Source of the DNA: an uncultured cyanobacterium
Lineage (GTDB): Bacteria; Cyanobacteriota; Cyanobacteriia; Phormidesmidales; Phormidesmidaceae
Length of the DNA: 64,000 bases
NCBI GenBank assembly: GCA_963793265.1
Contig: CAWBZI010000005.1
Coordinates: 96,001 to 160,000 of the forward strand
Direction: 5' to 3'
A program made the position numbers and the translations under genes. Below the pieces are notes generated by a model. It saw nothing but the letters and a program-made list of their open reading frames with translations, ran no database searches and was not told the DNA's origin. This document shows, one piece after another, positions 60,666 to 64,000 of this stretch (position 1 is the stretch's first letter; each line of letters begins with the position of its first letter).

Positions 60666-63600
60666 ATGTTTGTTAACTACTTTATCAAGCGGCCCGTTTT
60701 TGCCACTGTCACCGCGCTAATCATGCTGCTAATCGGGGCTATTAGTATTCCGACGCTGCCAATCGCGCAGTATCCAGACATCAGCCCGACGCAGGTTAAC
60801 GTCAGCGCTCGCTATATTGGCGCTGATGCTGAAACAGTCGAACGCGGCGTTACTACCGTCATCGAACGGCAGATTAACGGCGTGGAGGGGATGCGATACA
60901 TCACCTCTAACAGCAGTAACGATGGCGCAAGCAATATCGTTGTTACCTTCGACGCTTCACGCGATAAAGACCTGGCCGCTGTAGACGTGCAAAACCGCGT
61001 GTCGCTAGCCGAGCCGCAGCTACCTGAGTCAGTCATTCGCGGCGGCGTGACGGTCGCCAAGCAAACCAGCAACATTCTGCTGGCGATGAGCCTCTACACC
61101 GAGAACGAAGAATACGATGATATTTTCCTGAGCAACTATGCCGATCTGTACGTGGCCGATGCACTACGGCGGGTTAACGGCGTGGGCAACGTGCAGATTT
61201 TTGGTGAGCGCACCTATGCCATGCGCCTCTGGCTAGATCCGCAGCGATTGGCTACGCGCGGGCTGACGGCTGACGACGTGGTGAGCGCGCTGCAAGAGCA
61301 AAACGTTCAGGTAGGTGCAGGTCAAATTGGTCAGCCGCCTACACCAGACGATCAAAATTATCAGATCGACCTGCGCGCAGAGAGCCGTCTGCAAAACGCC
61401 GATGAATTTGAAGATTTGGTGCTGCGAACGGGTGAGGAAGGCCAGCTGATCAGGCTCAAGGATGTAGGACGCGCTGAGCTAGGGGCCGAACGCTACAGCT
61501 CGTTCCTGCGGTTTCGCGGCAAGCCTGCGATTGGCTTAGGTATTTACCAACTGCCGGGCAGCAACGCGCTAGAGGTCGCAGCTGGTGTCAAAGAAACGAT
61601 GGCTGAGCTGTCGTCGGATTTTCCACCTGGAATGGAATATGGCATCGGCTTCGATACGACTGAGTACGTGCAGCAGTCTTTGCTCAGCGTGCTGTGGACG
61701 CTGATTCAAGCCATTGGGCTGGTGGTGCTGGTTATCTACATTTTCTTGCAGGACTGGCGCACAACGGTGATTCCAGCGGTGACTATTCCGGTTTCGCTAG
61801 TGGCGACGTTCGCAATTGTCAAACTCTTCGGGTTCTCTATCAACAGCCTGACGCTGTTTGGCCTGACGCTGGCAACCGGGATGGTCGTGGACGACGCGAT
61901 TGTGGTCGTTGAAGACATTAGCTCAAAAATCAACAAACGCGGGCTCAATCCTGTTCAGGCCGCGATCACATCTATGAGCGAGCTAACGGGCGCGGTGATT
62001 GCGACCTCGCTGGTGCTGATGGCGGTATTTGTGCCCGTGGCCTTTTTCCCAGGCACCACTGGCGCGCTCTACCGGCAGTTTGCGCTAACGATTGCCTTTG
62101 CGATCGCAATCTCCACCTTCAACGCCCTTACTCTCACCCCCACCCTCTCGGGCCTGCTGCTCAGACAAAAGCAAGACCCCACTGGCTGGCGGGCCAAAAT
62201 ATTCAATCCCTTTAATCGCGGGTTGGATTGGCTGCGCGATCGCTACGGCAGCGTGCTCTCCACCCTCACCCGCTTCAAACCCTTCGTCCTCGCCGCCTTC
62301 GTCACCTCCCTGGTGCTCACGGCCTGGCTCTACACCACCGTCCCTTCTGCCTTCTTACCTGACGAAGACCAGGGCTACTTCATCACTATTATTCAAGGCC
62401 CCGAAGGCGTTTCACTCAACTACACCAGCGATGTAATGGCAGGCGCAGAAGAGCTGCTCCTGGCCCAGCCCGAAGTACGCGCCACCTTTGCTGTCGGCGG
62501 CTTCGGCTTTAGCGGTAACACTGCCAACAGCGGCGTTATTTTCACCACGCTTAAGCCGTGGAGCGAGCGCACGGGACAAGAAAGCTCAGCGCTCGGGATT
62601 ATCGACCGCGTGCGGGGGCCGCTGATGAGCACGACAGAGGCACGAATGCTGCCAGTGAATCCGCCCGCGATTCAGGGTCTTAGCAGCTTTGGCGGCTTTG
62701 AATTCCAGCTTCAAGACAGGCGCGGCAATGCCGGGCTTGAGAATTTAGTCGGCAGTATGGGCGCGATGCTCGGAGCCGCTAACGAAGATCCTGATCTGCA
62801 AAACGTCTTTAGCACCTATGCGGCCAGTACGCCGCAGATTGCGATCACTGTAAACCGCGATCAGGCAAAAGCGCTGAACGTGAACATCAGCGACATTTTC
62901 AGCACCCTGCAAACAAACCTGGGCTCAAGCTACGTCAACGACTTCAACTTAGAAGGTCGCACCTATCGCGTCTTTGTACAGGCCGACGAACAGTATCGAT
63001 CTGCGCCAGAAGATATCAATAAGCTGTATGTGCGATCGCGCAGCGATGAACTCATTCCCATGAGCAACCTCATCGAGACGACCGACACTGTAGGCGCACA
63101 AACCATCAACCACTACAACCTCTTCCGCTCCATTGCGATCAACGGGGCTCCGGCCCCAGGCGTCAGCTCGGGCGCGGCGATTGAGGCAATGGAAGGGGTG
63201 GCCGAGCGCGTGCTGCCCGCGGGCTTAGGCTATGAGTGGTCAGGAACGGCTTTAGAAGAAATTGAGGGCGGCAACCAGGCTCCGATTATTTTCGGGCTGG
63301 GGATTATTCTGGTCTTCTTGGTGCTAGCGGCACAGTACGAAAGCTATGTAGACCCGGTGATTATTCTATTCGCCGTGCCGCTAGCGGTATTTGGCGCGCT
63401 GATAGCACAGACGATTAGGGGTCTGCCGAATGACGTTTACTGTCAAATCGGGCTGGTTATGCTGATTGGGCTTGCTAGTAAAAACTCTATTTTGATTGTG
63501 GAGTTTGCCAATCAGCTTAGAGAGCAAGGCCGCTCGATTACAGAGGCCGCATTGGAATCAGCGCAGCAGCGAATGCGACCGATTTTGATGACGGCAATTT

Positions 63601-63923
63601 CTACGCTCAGCAGTATCTTTCCGCTGGTGATTGCCACAGGGGCAGGTGCGGGCTCTCGTCAGTCTTTGGGCACTGCTGTGTTCGGCGGCATGTTAGTGGC
63701 GACCTTCCTCAGTCTGTTTGTGGTGCCGATTTTGTACATCATTATCAAGCAGCTTACGGACAGGTCTTCGAGGTCAAAGCCTGGTGATAATGGGAATGGC
63801 AGAATGCCCAGTACGCCTGAGAATGGCAGCGCCCGAAATGATAGGCAGAATGGTAGTGGTCGAACGCATGAGCCTCTGCCCGCGCCGGTTTATCGTACGG
63901 AAGAGGCAGGGTATGAGGGATAG
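60666..63923 (+). CDS. RND efflux permease (HAE1/AcrB family)
   Basis: FIKRPVFA, LPIAQYP, GMVVDDAIVVVE, GLASKNSILIVEFA, RMRPILMT; ATG at 60666. Confidence 0.96.
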   Translation: MFVNYFIKRPVFATVTALIMLLIGAISIPTLPIAQYPDISPTQVNVSARYIGADAETVERGVTTVIERQINGVEGMRYITSNSSNDGASNIVVTFDASRDKDLAAVDVQNRVSLAEPQLPESVIRGGVTVAKQTSNILLAMSLYTENEEYDDIFLSNYADLYVADALRRVNGVGNVQIFGERTYAMRLWLDPQRLATRGLTADDVVSALQEQNVQVGAGQIGQPPTPDDQNYQIDLRAESRLQNADEFEDLVLRTGEEGQLIRLKDVGRAELGAERYSSFLRFRGKPAIGLGIYQLPGSNALEVAAGVKETMAELSSDFPPGMEYGIGFDTTEYVQQSLLSVLWTLIQAIGLVVLVIYIFLQDWRTTVIPAVTIPVSLVATFAIVKLFGFSINSLTLFGLTLATGMVVDDAIVVVEDISSKINKRGLNPVQAAITSMSELTGAVIATSLVLMAVFVPVAFFPGTTGALYRQFALTIAFAIAISTFNALTLTPTLSGLLLRQKQDPTGWRAKIFNPFNRGLDWLRDRYGSVLSTLTRFKPFVLAAFVTSLVLTAWLYTTVPSAFLPDEDQGYFITIIQGPEGVSLNYTSDVMAGAEELLLAQPEVRATFAVGGFGFSGNTANSGVIFTTLKPWSERTGQESSALGIIDRVRGPLMSTTEARMLPVNPPAIQGLSSFGGFEFQLQDRRGNAGLENLVGSMGAMLGAANEDPDLQNVFSTYAASTPQIAITVNRDQAKALNVNISDIFSTLQTNLGSSYVNDFNLEGRTYRVFVQADEQYRSAPEDINKLYVRSRSDELIPMSNLIETTDTVGAQTINHYNLFRSIAINGAPAPGVSSGAAIEAMEGVAERVLPAGLGYEWSGTALEEIEGGNQAPIIFGLGIILVFLVLAAQYESYVDPVIILFAVPLAVFGALIAQTIRGLPNDVYCQIGLVMLIGLASKNSILIVEFANQLREQGRSITEAALESAQQRMRPILMTAISTLSSIFPLVIATGAGAGSRQSLGTAVFGGMLVATFLSLFVVPILYIIIKQLTDRSSRSKPGDNGNGRMPSTPENGSARNDRQNGSGRTHEPLPAPVYRTEEAGYEG

Positions 63924-64000
63924 GCATCGGAGGAGGCACAGTCGTAACGCCCCTACGATTTGAACTGCACGTTTAGCAATTCGATAATGTCCTCCGTACC

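Larger units (their letters stand above)
1..64000. repeat. HIP1 octamer GCGATCGC dispersed through the window
   Basis: Dozens of copies in all reading frames, e.g. 10781-10788; a cyanobacterial hallmark. Confidence 0.95.

Noticed and set aside
63930..63957. REP-like half site CGCCCCTAC after the RND gene
   Set aside because: Matching arm is degenerate, single copy, and at the window edge
58..63963. Many short antisense or alternate-frame ORFs in the track (e.g. 58..468, 8960..9277, 30464..30970, 58336..58710)
   Set aside because: Shadows of well-supported genes, with no recognisable motifs

Overview
A 64-kb stretch of cyanobacterial core chromosome. The lineage call rests on dense HIP1 GCGATCGC octamers, rpaB, a Ycf55/DUF3685 gene, cofG and the rpaB-plsX-fabH-fabD-plsC cluster; a Leptolyngbya/Phormidesmis-like host is my inference. 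Housekeeping genes include cobO, recG, rpsB-tsf, pilT, two lepB, two dihydroorotase homologues, NDH-2, an M17 peptidase, radA, dnaE and an RND pump. Six small type II toxin-antitoxin (TA) loci sit among them. Most notable: (1) an unannotated ~170-nt multi-hairpin element with competing stems and a perfect CRP-type site beside an 82-aa hypothetical gene; (2) a near-identical 23-bp palindrome upstream of both a DUF1400 hydrolase and the RND operon 20 kb away; (3) three antitoxins lacking intact toxins, with two toxin 3' remnants still readable, one joined at a HIP1 site; (4) a contiguous, intein-free dnaE; (5) an HTTM-pair/flippase/GMC-oxidoreductase cluster. Several single-base frameshifts in otherwise intact genes suggest sequencing errors. 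I saw no rRNA, tRNA, CRISPR array, transposase or prophage. All family calls are by motif recognition, not database search.
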